A model generated the notes under the pieces. The model did not search any database. It was not told the DNA's origin and saw only the letters and a program-made list of their open reading frames with translations. A stretch of DNA of 64,000 nucleotides. Origin: Epithemia pelagica (Eukaryota > Protista > Bacillariophyta). The position numbers and the translations under genes are program-made. The stretch spans positions 2,790,001-2,854,000 of the forward strand of contig OX337239.1 of assembly GCA_946965045.2 (NCBI GenBank), given 5' to 3'. Positions 1-9,849 of the stretch are shown piece after piece (the stretch's first letter is position 1; each line of letters starts with the position of its first letter).

Positions 1-954
1 TTTTGGTACTGCAGTCACGGTCTTATTCCTTGAGTTGATGCTGGCTTCCAATGGCTGTACGCTTAGTTCCCAATTTCTTGGAAAACTTGTTGGTGAATTC
101 TCTGCTCATCACAGTTTTGGCCTTATCGTCGATGGAATCAGTTGAAAACTTCTGCTTATGGTGATTGTGAGGTTGGATGTTCTTGGTGATTTGCTGTTGG
201 TGGCTGTAGTGTTGGTTTGTTTTTATCGTCGCCAGTGATGCGGTGTTTGGGAGAAAGGGGCAACATCATCAGTCGGGAGCCGGGTGGTTGGTGTGGCGGT
301 AGCAGTGGTTGGGCTTGATGGTGTGCGGAGGGTGGTACATGTCGGACACGACGTGTTGTTTTGGGTTCTGGCGGGCACTTTTGACGGTGCGTTGTGTTCC
401 CTGGGTGACAGTGTGTTGTTCGAAGTGTCACGTTGGCACGGCCATATTCCAATACGCAGCAGGAAAGGGCTTTTTCCATGGCAACTTGGTTTGATGGGAA
501 CCTGGTTCAAAAGCAGAAACCAGAAACTCTGGAGAAAAGGCTCATGACATCCCTACATGACATCCCTGGGTCACCGAGTCCTTCTTCGCGATTCCACCGT
601 CGACACCTCAATCCCACCACCAACGTCCTGATCCTGACGCCTCCCATTCCTCCTCCCATGACCCTCTGAGTGTGTAAAGTTCTTACACCAGGGAGGTTAT
701 TTTGAATGGTGGCAACTAGTTGGTATACTGTTCTGATGGCAGCCTTGTGGATACCTTTGAAGCTGCCGAAGAGGTGCTCCTCTATTACGCTGATATTTCC
801 CAAGGTGGTACTTTTTGCCGGGCCGCAGTCCTCCTAGTACCCCTTTGGCGACTCCAGCCGAAATCATCACCCGTCCTACACTTCCTGGACCACGCACTCC
901 TCCATCTCCGCTGGGCCAGTTACACCCCGTCGTACACTTCATCTAAGGAGGGAA

Positions 955-1408
955 TGATACGCCGGTTTACAGCGGTTAATTATCGAGAAAAAAGCGCCCC
1001 TAAGCACAACCTACTGGGATCATCCTCGCGTCCTACTGAGAACACGCATGCACCTATGAGGACACACGCAAGCCCCTTCATGACATTTTTACCCAAAAAA
1101 GTGCTTTCCAAAACCAGCAAGCGCATGAACCACATCTCACCAACTCAAACACCATTCACAGTCCAGAAGCAACAGTCAGCACATCCCTCCAACTTCATGT
1201 GCAGTCATGAAGCAACAGCCCCTCCAATGTATGCACTTATCCTTAATTGTGTCACATCACCGTCATGCGCATGTTTCCAGCCTCAAGCACAAGCTTCCAT
1301 GTGAATTCAGTGCATTTGACTAACACCATGCACACACCCCCAGCAACAACCAGTGAATGAATGGTACATAATACATGAAGCTATATAGGAGTATATGAAA
1401 TGAAATCA
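955..1408 (+). mobile_element. LTR family C, copy 1, preceded by a polypurine tract (~941-954)
   Basis: Starts TGATACGCC right after purine-rich TCTAAGGAGGGAA and ends ATCA; homologous along its length to 13391-13891. Confidence 0.65.
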
Positions 1409-3610
1409 ATTGTCACTCTGATCTATCACCACCATCGTATTTGAGGCTTTTTTGAAGGCCTTGCCACAGCATCATCATCTTCATACCCCATACAAGAGTG
1501 ACATTGCCGACAGAGAAACTGCATGAACCTGTTACTGCAGTTGCCTGCTCTGTCTTCACCAGCAATTTTCCCTTCCATGTCTTCCAAATAGTCCATACCA
1601 TCCTCATTCATACATCGACTTGAGTTCCAAGTACCCAAATATTTGAAGCAAGGATGTAGGCATTCAAATGACAAGGGCTCACTGCCTTGTGCTGCATAAA
1701 TCTTCTATCCATATGAATTCATTGCATGCTACAAGGAAGAAAACTGCAACAAAATTGAAAGCACAGCTACAAAACCAATGATTGCGCCATCACCAACATT
1801 GTACATATGATCAAATCAACCAAGCCTTCTTATCAATGAACACATTCTGGAAAGGTTATCCTGGATGGATGCTCAAAGGCACAAACTAAAACCCAACTAC
1901 AGCATCAAATAAAAATTGAAGAAGCATCAAATAAAAATCAAAGAAGCAGTTGAAATTGAAGAAAGTTAATCATGCTTCAAGTGAATACAAACTCTCTGTG
2001 CAAATAAAAATGTTGTGTTTTTAAACGTGACATGTCTAAGTTTATGTTTGTTTTCAGCATTGTTTCCAACAATCAGACATCTTCTCATTTTGAATTCATT
2101 TCATTGTCATTGTTTTTAGCCACTAATATGGGACAAGATGGGGCCATGCAAACAATCAACTTCTTGCACAATTTCTACCTAAAAGTGGAAGATCTAAAAC
2201 ATTACAGGAAAATTTGAGGACTGCAATATCCCACAAATGTTTGATGAGAATCAACCCTAATGATTGTATTTCCAAGTAATGTGGATGTTAATCCTAATAA
2301 GAATTGTTGTTAGGGTTGCATGCATCAGGCAGGAAAAGAGAAAGTTTGATGAAGGACAAAGAAGATTCTTGACAATAACAGAGTACAATTTCTCAACATT
2401 CTAGGATTTGAATGGGGTCAACAAAAAGGTGACGACTTGTGAAACAAGCATCATAGCAAGCTCAACACATTTCAACTGCTGAAATATAATTACACAAGAG
2501 TACCAACAAAGTTGAGATTGCTAGACCACTGGGTTAGTACACAACAAGACCAGTACAAAAAGATGAAAATGTGGATGAAGTCAGTCATAACTCATAGAAA
2601 GATAGCACTACTTGAGCAATTGGACTTTTGTTGGGAATGAGAAAATCCTTGCACAGCAACTTCTGTTTCTTAATATGGTTAATGACCAGTCAATTCTAAG
2701 GACAACATCAATGATGCAATCATTTCATTTCTTGTGTATTTCTAACCTCATAATTTTTCTAAATATGAAAGCATGTATTGACGAGAGCAATGAATCCCAA
2801 GAGACCACCCCCGGGGACAACTACCATACACTGATTCTACTGATTCTACTATAAAAGAAAGAGCAATACATCACAAGAGACCCCTGGGGATTTGAGACAA
2901 CTACAGTACACCAATTCTACTATAAAAGGAAGGGATGATGGAGGTCCACCATCTCTGTTTCCTGATATTAGAGGTATCGAGCAACAGATATTTTGGAAAA
3001 AATGTACTCCTGAGCAGACCAGTTGAATTAACAAATATTACACATTCCATGGTGTCTGTCCAGTTGGGTGGGATGCTACCAAGGCAATATTTTGTGAAAT
3101 GCTTTAGTATATGGGCAAGGATGTCTTGGGCAACTGTGGGACCTATGATGTGATGTTGTGGAACCAGAGGCGCGTGTTCACAAGTACTGGCATGAAAGCA
3201 AAGAGTTTTCCATTGCCCCTCCTGATGCATTGCCCCTCCTGATGGTGATGAATTGGTAAGACTCAATTACTATAAGTACAACCTACCCAGCACTCCACTG
3301 GAAGATTACTTCATGGTCCAATACATCAGTTTGTAGGAACAGTTTCTTAGTAGTAGTCTAATGTAAGCTTTGATCGTTGGCAACACTGAAATTACGCTGT
3401 TAATTTAAGGACTGACATGGTTGTCACAATTTGATAACTCTTATACGTAATGATGAAGTAAGAATTAGGTATTGGCTGGTGTGTTATAACTAATAAAGAA
3501 AAGATGGGAAAATTTTGCCTTCTTCAGTAGATGGTTGTTTGATCCCCTTATCCAGTAGAATAGAGATACATTCAACAAAAGCTCAAATTTCTACATCCTG
3601 CCACTCATAC

Positions 3611-3995
3611 ATTTTGTTCATCAATTGTTGAAGACTATCATGAAGATGACATGTGTTGAATGGTTCTGCACGGTTGTGGTTGTGCTCCAGATAGCTTTCA
3701 GTGCTCCAGATAGCTTTCAGAACCATATTCTGACCCATCATTATATTCATTTTGTTCATCAATTGTTGAAGACTATCATGAAGATGCCATGTGTTGAATG
3801 GTTCTGCATGGTTGTGGTTGTGCTCCAGATAGCCTTCAGTGCTCCAGATAGCTTCCAGAACCATATTCTGACCCATCATTATATTCATTTTGTTCATCAA
3901 TTGTTGAAGACTATCATGAAGATGCCATGTGTTGAATGGTTCTGCACGGATGTGGTTGTGCTCCAGATAGCTTTCAGTGCTCCAGATAGCTTTCC
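3611..3995. repeat. 138-bp tandem repeat, ~2.8 copies
   Basis: ATTTTGTTCATCAATTGTTGAAGACTATC recurs at 3611, 3749 and 3887. Confidence 0.95.
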
Positions 3996-3996
3996 C

Positions 3997-4130
3997 TAAT
4001 GTGCGCTTTAATATTAGAAATAATGCGCATAACTGGGAAATAACGCGCATTATTTCCCAATAAAGCGCATTATTTCCCAATAATGTGCTCTATAATGCGC
4101 TATTATACCTCGAAATAATGTGGAAGGGCC
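3997..4130. repeat. Probable DNA-transposon end with TAATGCGC-type subterminal repeats and a hairpin
   Basis: Repeated TAATGCGC/GCGCATTA motifs; hairpin TGGGAAATAA-CGCGCA-TTATTTCCCA; sharp boundary at ...TGTGGAAGGGCC (4130). No partner end found. Confidence 0.45.
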
Positions 4131-4150
4131 TGTTTTCCCTCCTTAGATGA

Positions 4151-5358
4151 GGTTGTCCAACCTTATCTGGTCCAAATTCGAGTCCAGCGGTGGTATAGGG
4201 TTTCTCTTTAGTCGGTGCGTTGAGATATGCGTTTTGCCTGTCCCCGACGAGAACATCTAGACCATTAAGTGCAGCGATAGTAAAAGCAATGCGTACGCTA
4301 TCGCATGATACCACACTAGAATAGGTCGATTCTTTGGGTGGATCAGTTTTGTGGCCTCCGGCCACTAACCGTGCTTTTTGTTGCAGGTCTGATTTGATAT
4401 CAAAAACCATATGACAGGGAATATGCTTGTATCCAGGAGGCACTTCGCCATCAGCTGGAAATTCGAAAGCAATGCCAACGTTCTTCATTTCTTTCTCAAT
4501 AGCCTTGCGCCAGAAGTCAGTCCCCGTCCGGCGGTCAATCGCCAGGGCTTCTTCCACAGAGTGGGGCAGCTCAATGCCATACTTGTGCGTTCGCTTCCAA
4601 TAACGTGACTTTACCTTTTTGATAATGCGGTCTCGTTTGCGAAGTGCACGTGGCACCCACCATGCGAAAGCAGGTTCTTTTGTGATGTCAGCGGATACTG
4701 CGTATTCGGCGGCTTCAATCATATTTCCATTCTTGACGTCTTTGAGCGGCAGCCAAACAGTTGATTGATCGGACAGTTCACATTGCAATTCCCAGCCTTT
4801 CGTTGTGTGGTGTGATGTGCCGTCAAGGAACGATGCGTCTGTTCGCTTAACTGCGGTCTCATCACTGCGGTGCCCCACAATGGCTTTCAATGTGTTGAAC
4901 GCATTGCCCTCCGGGTCAACTTGCGAATACAGATTCTCTGCGATCATATTGGTTGCATACGACTCGACCGATCCATCCGGAAACTGTACGTCGTAGTACC
5001 GGGTATCAAGGATTGGGTTTGCGTCGCGCTCACCAATAGGTCGCCCATATTCGTCTAGTTCCTCCGGCGTGTACGCGTTGGATTCCAGGGCTTCGGCCTC
5101 TGGGAACAAGGGCTCTAGAAGTTCACCTTCGTCAAAGAGGTCTGGGGGTGGATCGCTCCCAGTTGTGCCATCAGATGGCGGCTCTTTCATTTGCGTTTGA
5201 ATAGCGGCATCATAGTCCAACAACTGCTGGTGAATCGTCGGATTCTTCAGGTCGTCTTCCGGAATGGCCCACACATCTTTCCGTGTGACATGATTGCCCT
5301 CTTGCGTTAGGATTTCATAGGCCATATCATCGGTGCAATCATCGGCTAAGCCCAACCA
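4151..5358 (-). pseudogene. pol: Pol part 2 (integrase C-terminal region and N-terminal RT), truncated
   Basis: TTKGWELQCE, EPAFAWWV, RTHKYGIELP, CHMVFDIK, KARLVAGGH, NAYLNAP motifs; no YVDD or RNase H. Confidence 0.9.
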
Positions 5359-7035
5359 TCAGCCAATCAGTCTTTTTTCGAAGGGAAACTGTGCCGTGGG
5401 CATGCGATAATACACCGGCTGATAGAATTGGAACATGGCTAATGGAGAGATGTCTGGCGTTGAGCCAATTACATGCTCGAAGGGTGTACGTCCATCTAAT
5501 TCAGGAATATCGGATGCCGTGAGTTCCGGTACGTGTGAGCACCATTTAAGAGCATAGCTCAATAAACGTCGTGGTGCGCCGGTCGTCCTCATAATTTTGA
5601 CAACTCCCTTCTTTAGTTCACGAATGCTCGCTTCGGCGGCGTTCTGCCATGGACTATAAGGAACCGTTTTCTCCATCTTTATGCGGTACTCGTTGCATAT
5701 TTCACGGGACTTCCCTAGGAACAATTCTCGGGCACCATCAGATACCATTGTTTGGGGAATCCCTACATTGTGAATCAAAGACATCAATCCTTCAGGATGT
5801 TGCTCTTTTGACTTCCAGGGATAAACGTGGTCGAATCCTTTGCCGTCGGTAAGGATCGAGGCGCCCGTGTCCCCGTTCAGTGATACTTCCTTGGCAAACA
5901 TCTCGTCCGAGAACCAACGGCCTTTCACATTAGGGAATTTGAGCCACGGTGCCTTCTTACGGACCTTACGCTCAGATGGGATTAATACGTTTCGTACTCC
6001 TGCCTGCGTTGTCACTTGAAGCGTATTCTTCGCTTTGGGTAAACCAATGCCCCAACGTTGTGACAGTACGGCTGCGTCAAGCACTCCCTTTCCAGCAGGA
6101 TCGGCTGGGGAAGACTCTTTGGCAGTCTTGATCATGTACAGCCGACGTTCACGTTTGTCCTCCGGTACTACATCAGGCTCCTCCTTCTCTGGATGAACAG
6201 TGACCGTCGCTATCAAGCGTTCGTACAGGTCGTCGCCTTGTGCGTCGGCGTCCAGATCTGGTGATGGATTGGCAAAAGCATGCTGGTACGTTCGCACTGC
6301 TTTGATGAGTCGTGGAATGGAGGATGCGGCAATCGAATTCGGATCGCCATTGCGAACGACAGTAGCGGCAGCTACACCCAGTTTCTCCTCCGCGTCCGCA
6401 AAGGCGGTAGAACGAGGTTGCCATGGGCTATCGGCAGTTAGCACAACTTGTGGCAAGTGTTCCAGCTCGTCAGAAGTGGGTTTGCGAGTGGCGAAACCAC
6501 TTATCACACCAGCCACGGTGAGCGGGATGGTGAGATCGGCATCCGGGACGTGGATACTATGCGTGCTGTGCGGGTCAAACTGTTTAGGTACGTCGTTGAC
6601 AACGATGCCATGGGCACGCATCTGGTTTGGACAGAGTAACGAACTGCCCATACGATCCCCTAAAAACAATGCTTGGTGGATGACAAGCAAGTAAGACTGG
6701 TTTTCGCTGTCAGTCCAGACAGTAGCAACAGTCGCAATAGGGACATTGGTCAGCGGATTATATTCCTCCGCGAACGGATGCACACTGATATAGCGGTGGG
6801 CCTCGGAGAGCATTGCGAAGTCTCTTCCCACGGCACAGGTGTCCGCATGTGAGTCCAACTCACAGGTGAGCTCAATGGTCTCAACACCATATTCGTCGGT
6901 GTTCATAGCACATAGATGATGTGCGAAACGTTTAGAATAACGATAATGGGTGCCTACATGTGCATTCGATTGAACAATAAGATTCGTTTTATCAATTTTT
7001 ACTGCTTCGGCAGCGGATACACAGGGCACACTCCA
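5359..7035 (-). CDS. pol: Pol part 1 (aspartic protease plus integrase), in frame with gag after the TGA
   Basis: ELDSHADTCAVG protease motif and integrase DDE core; ends at a TGA where copy A3 has CGA (26732-26734). Confidence 0.9.
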   Translation of the reverse strand, partial: WSVPCVSAAEAVKIDKTNLIVQSNAHVGTHYRYSKRFAHHLCAMNTDEYGVETIELTCELDSHADTCAVGRDFAMLSEAHRYISVHPFAEEYNPLTNVPIATVATVWTDSENQSYLLVIHQALFLGDRMGSSLLCPNQMRAHGIVVNDVPKQFDPHSTHSIHVPDADLTIPLTVAGVISGFATRKPTSDELEHLPQVVLTADSPWQPRSTAFADAEEKLGVAAATVVRNGDPNSIAASSIPRLIKAVRTYQHAFANPSPDLDADAQGDDLYERLIATVTVHPEKEEPDVVPEDKRERRLYMIKTAKESSPADPAGKGVLDAAVLSQRWGIGLPKAKNTLQVTTQAGVRNVLIPSERKVRKKAPWLKFPNVKGRWFSDEMFAKEVSLNGDTGASILTDGKGFDHVYPWKSKEQHPEGLMSLIHNVGIPQTMVSDGARELFLGKSREICNEYRIKMEKTVPYSPWQNAAEASIRELKKGVVKIMRTTGAPRRLLSYALKWCSHVPELTASDIPELDGRTPFEHVIGSTPDISPLAMFQFYQPVYYRMPTAQFPFEKRLIG

Positions 7036-9114
7036 TCAGGAGGAAGGAGACAGGTCGGCAGACTTGTCAGAGACATTTGGGTCACGGACATCGAATTCAA
7101 GATCGGCGGAATAACGACCGCATACATTATGCCTTCGGTCTGCGGCAGCCAATTGTCCATTGGCAAGCATAGTGTATTTGAAAGCTTCGTCGAACACTTC
7201 CGTGTGCTCGGCTAAGCGTTTGCACACATGGTACATTTGGCGCTCTTCACGTTCATAGCCTGACATTTTAGACCAGCGCCAAGACCAAATTGGACTTTTG
7301 TGGACAATAGTGTCGATCTCTTCGCGGAAGCCTCCTTTCAGCACGCTTTGGTCATTCTTGGTAAGTGTGCGGACGCTGCGAGTCCCTTCAGCATACTTGC
7401 CTTTGACCGGTAGCGGCAGCTTCACAAAGATGTCGCCCTCTTCCGGGACTGGCCGGATGGTCATATGACTCATATCAGGACGTCCGTCCTCTTCCCATTG
7501 CCATATCGGTGGATAGGTCTCGTATTCCCCCATGGGGCGAGTACGTACGGATTTGACGGACGCAGATCCGGGTTCGTTCGGTTGTGCTTTAGCCTTATGC
7601 GCGAAACGTCCAAAGCTGTTGCCAGCTGAGGACTTTGCCGGCTGCGCATCATCTTCGGATGATTTTGCAAGTGATGCGGAAGCGCGGAACTTAGAGTGCT
7701 TGTCTGGCGACGGTACGTTGTCAACAGAGGAGTCAAGCAAGCTCTCGTCTACTTCCATAACGACCGATACGTTGGTCTTAGCCTCCGGCTTAGCGTCGTC
7801 TTCGTCAATATCTACTGAGATTGCGTCCTCAGCAGTACTCCCATGCGACGTTTTCGATCTCTTTGACGATGCGTTGGAAGAGTCGTCTGTGGTGACGGAT
7901 CCAAGCTTCCGCTTTTTTTTGCGCTCTTTGCGAAGAGCCAGGACTTGTTTGCGTTCGTCCTCTGTCAGGTCTGCCCATTCGTCGGCATCGTAGTGACCAG
8001 CATGAACGCGGTCCTTCTTCTTCTTGCTCTTTTTCTGATTGCGCCCTTTTCCCTTTCCTTTGCTTGGGGTGGTACCAGCAGCGGCGATCTTTCGAGAGTC
8101 GTCCTGCGTTTCGGTTTTGGCGGCACTGTGCACAGTCAAGAAGTATTGCTGGCACGCTTCGAAGTTTTCCAACTTCTCCTGGTCACCGTTGACGACGGTC
8201 TTGGCTTGGACGAGCGTCGGATCGGTGATCCCATTCATGAAATCGGTCAATTTTTTCGTTTCCGCGACCGTTTCGTCAAGCTCTTCCAGGGTGTTGTGCG
8301 CATGTTGGTGACGGTGGATGTAGTCATGGAAGCGGTACTTCCCTCGTCCTGTAAACTTAGCATTTGCGATCTGCGCATAAGGATGTTTCTTGCGCAGGAT
8401 GCTCGCGGCCTGTCCAGTGGCTTGCCGCTTGACAGTTAGGTAGGCCTCACGGCCGTCCTTCGATTTCGTATGCGTTTTAGCAAACGTCCATGCCGGGCCA
8501 TCGTAAATAAGAGGGTAGTACAGCTCATACACTCTGCGTCGGTCGGCTTTGTACTGGTCCCCCTCATGACGAGTGGTCGCAACTAGGTCGTCGTCAATGC
8601 AGTCGTAATCGGCGGTTAGTGCGTCGTCCGGTACGTCGGACTCCTCACGCAATACGTAGGTGAGCGGCACTCTCGTTGTCGGATTACGGTGTTGACCCAA
8701 GTACGTGCGCCACATTCCGTCGTGACGTTCCCAATCGGCAAGGTTCGTTAGCCTTTTGGGTGGTACTGGGTCATCCTGACCATCAGTGGTGGTGGCATTC
8801 GCGAGTTCCGTTACGCGTTTCATCCACTTGGTGATTACGTCACCAGTATAAGCACCAGCATCAAGATCCTGACCACGGACAGAACGATATTCCAACCACA
8901 TTTTGAAGCCAAGGAACTTCAGGTTGAACTGGTAGGGTAGAGTCACACCGTTGGGTAGGTTCTTGGCTAATGTCTTCAGCATGGGCTTTACTTCGTTGAT
9001 AGGAAACTCAAGGAACTGATCCGTTGTTGTGAAGCCCTGTTGCGTTAGGTGCTCAACGGTGTCATTGTCGTAGCCACAGCGGCCCAGTGCAGTACGGAAG
9101 GCATTTGCGGCCAT
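7036..9114 (-). CDS. gag: Gag of copia A1 (692 aa) with an extended C-terminal domain
   Basis: Open 692-aa ORF with CoDi-type motifs (PLTYVLR, DGREAYL, FMNGITDPTL, YDADEWADL), ending at TGA 7036-7038. Confidence 0.9.
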   Translation of the reverse strand: MAANAFRTALGRCGYDNDTVEHLTQQGFTTTDQFLEFPINEVKPMLKTLAKNLPNGVTLPYQFNLKFLGFKMWLEYRSVRGQDLDAGAYTGDVITKWMKRVTELANATTTDGQDDPVPPKRLTNLADWERHDGMWRTYLGQHRNPTTRVPLTYVLREESDVPDDALTADYDCIDDDLVATTRHEGDQYKADRRRVYELYYPLIYDGPAWTFAKTHTKSKDGREAYLTVKRQATGQAASILRKKHPYAQIANAKFTGRGKYRFHDYIHRHQHAHNTLEELDETVAETKKLTDFMNGITDPTLVQAKTVVNGDQEKLENFEACQQYFLTVHSAAKTETQDDSRKIAAAGTTPSKGKGKGRNQKKSKKKKDRVHAGHYDADEWADLTEDERKQVLALRKERKKKRKLGSVTTDDSSNASSKRSKTSHGSTAEDAISVDIDEDDAKPEAKTNVSVVMEVDESLLDSSVDNVPSPDKHSKFRASASLAKSSEDDAQPAKSSAGNSFGRFAHKAKAQPNEPGSASVKSVRTRPMGEYETYPPIWQWEEDGRPDMSHMTIRPVPEEGDIFVKLPLPVKGKYAEGTRSVRTLTKNDQSVLKGGFREEIDTIVHKSPIWSWRWSKMSGYEREERQMYHVCKRLAEHTEVFDEAFKYTMLANGQLAAADRRHNVCGRYSADLEFDVRDPNVSDKSADLSPSS

Positions 9115-9595
9115 GGTTCAAGGGTCGGATGAAGGGTAGGAGGGTAGTAGAAGGTCAAACGGATGGCAAGGGAAGGCTTGTTCTTGTGCAGAAATTTGCA
9201 ATTGTGATGAGAGGAGCGAATTTCTGTGAGCCAACAATCTGCGCGTGAATCGGCGAGTAGTCGTCCGGCGATTCCACGAGCGAGCGAGCTGGCGATCGGC
9301 GAATCCGCGAGTCGGCGAACCGGCGAATCCGCGAGCAAGCAGGCACGTGTCAAAAGCCAGCAGGCTTATATAATTGAGTCGTTCGGCGCGCGTGGATGGA
9401 CGGTCCACGTGTACAAGCACGTGCACGGTACGTTGTGCAGTCGCAAGTCACAAATTAGCAATTGGGTCCCACAGTGACAGAAACAAGTCACAGAGATGAC
9501 ACAAGCGAGCGAGTGACGAAGCCGCTTAGTGCGAACACCTCTCGAGCGTTGATCAGGCGCTTGCCGTCCGGCGAACAGTGGAGAAACAACAGACA

Positions 9596-9610
9596 GTGGG
9601 TCTGATAAAC
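9596..9610 (-). promoter_or_regulatory. Putative primer-binding site GTTTATCAGACCCAC (half-tRNA type)
   Basis: Directly follows the LTR; variants follow the LTRs at 13074 and 54185 but not the 3' LTR at 28745; its complement reads as an anticodon arm TGGGT-CTGATAA-AC. Confidence 0.6.
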
Positions 9611-9839
9611 TGAATAAAAACTGACGGTCAGACGCAATATACGGCTTGCAACAATCAAACTATCAGAAATTATGATAACTAAACTAGGGGTGCCCTTTGG
9701 GGGCAAATCGCTCACGTAGGGGCCAAACAGCGACCACGGTACCCACTAGCGAACACGTAACTAGGGGCCGGGCGATGCCAGGCGATGCGTAGCGAGGCAT
9801 GGCGAGGCCCTTCGTAGGTTACAAAGGGGGCGCCCGTGA
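9611..9839 (-). repeat. 5' LTR of copia A1 (LTR family A, variant U3)
   Basis: 3' part matches 13074-13186, 28592-28745 and 54185-54337; ends ...TTATTCA. The 5' boundary (TCACGGG) is less certain. Confidence 0.75.
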
Positions 9840-9849
9840 TTATTTATTC

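Larger units (their letters stand above)
4151..9839 (-). mobile_element. Ty1/copia (CoDi-like) retrotransposon, family A copy A1; 5' LTR, gag, AP, INT and partial RT, 3' end deleted
   Basis: Order LTR-PBS-gag-protease (LDSHADT)-integrase (SDGARE, PYSPWQNAAE)-RT (KARLVAGGH) is the copia order; RT stops at EFGPDKVGQP. Confidence 0.95.

Noticed and set aside
156-950. ORFs upstream of LTR-C as an identifiable pol tail
   Set aside because: No convincing RNase H, integrase or chromodomain motif; probably the internal region of family C but unassignable.
1413-1900. F-box or LRR relic
   Set aside because: Only a weak resemblance after repairing several stops.
3583-4080. ORFs on both strands over the 138-bp repeat
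   Set aside because: Open only because the unit length is a multiple of 3; no recognisable domain.
5359-5361. Second in-frame TGA-TGG in pol as programmed readthrough
   Set aside because: Copy A3 has CGA (Arg) here, so it is a CpG-type mutation.
7036-7038. Selenocysteine decoding of the gag-pol UGA
   Set aside because: No SECIS can be supported from the sequence, and the position is a linker rather than a catalytic site.
7470-8439. Long antisense ORFs opposite gag (similar ones opposite pol and ORF3 at 38160-39544)
   Set aside because: Shadow frames of GC-rich coding sequence; not conserved as open frames between copies.
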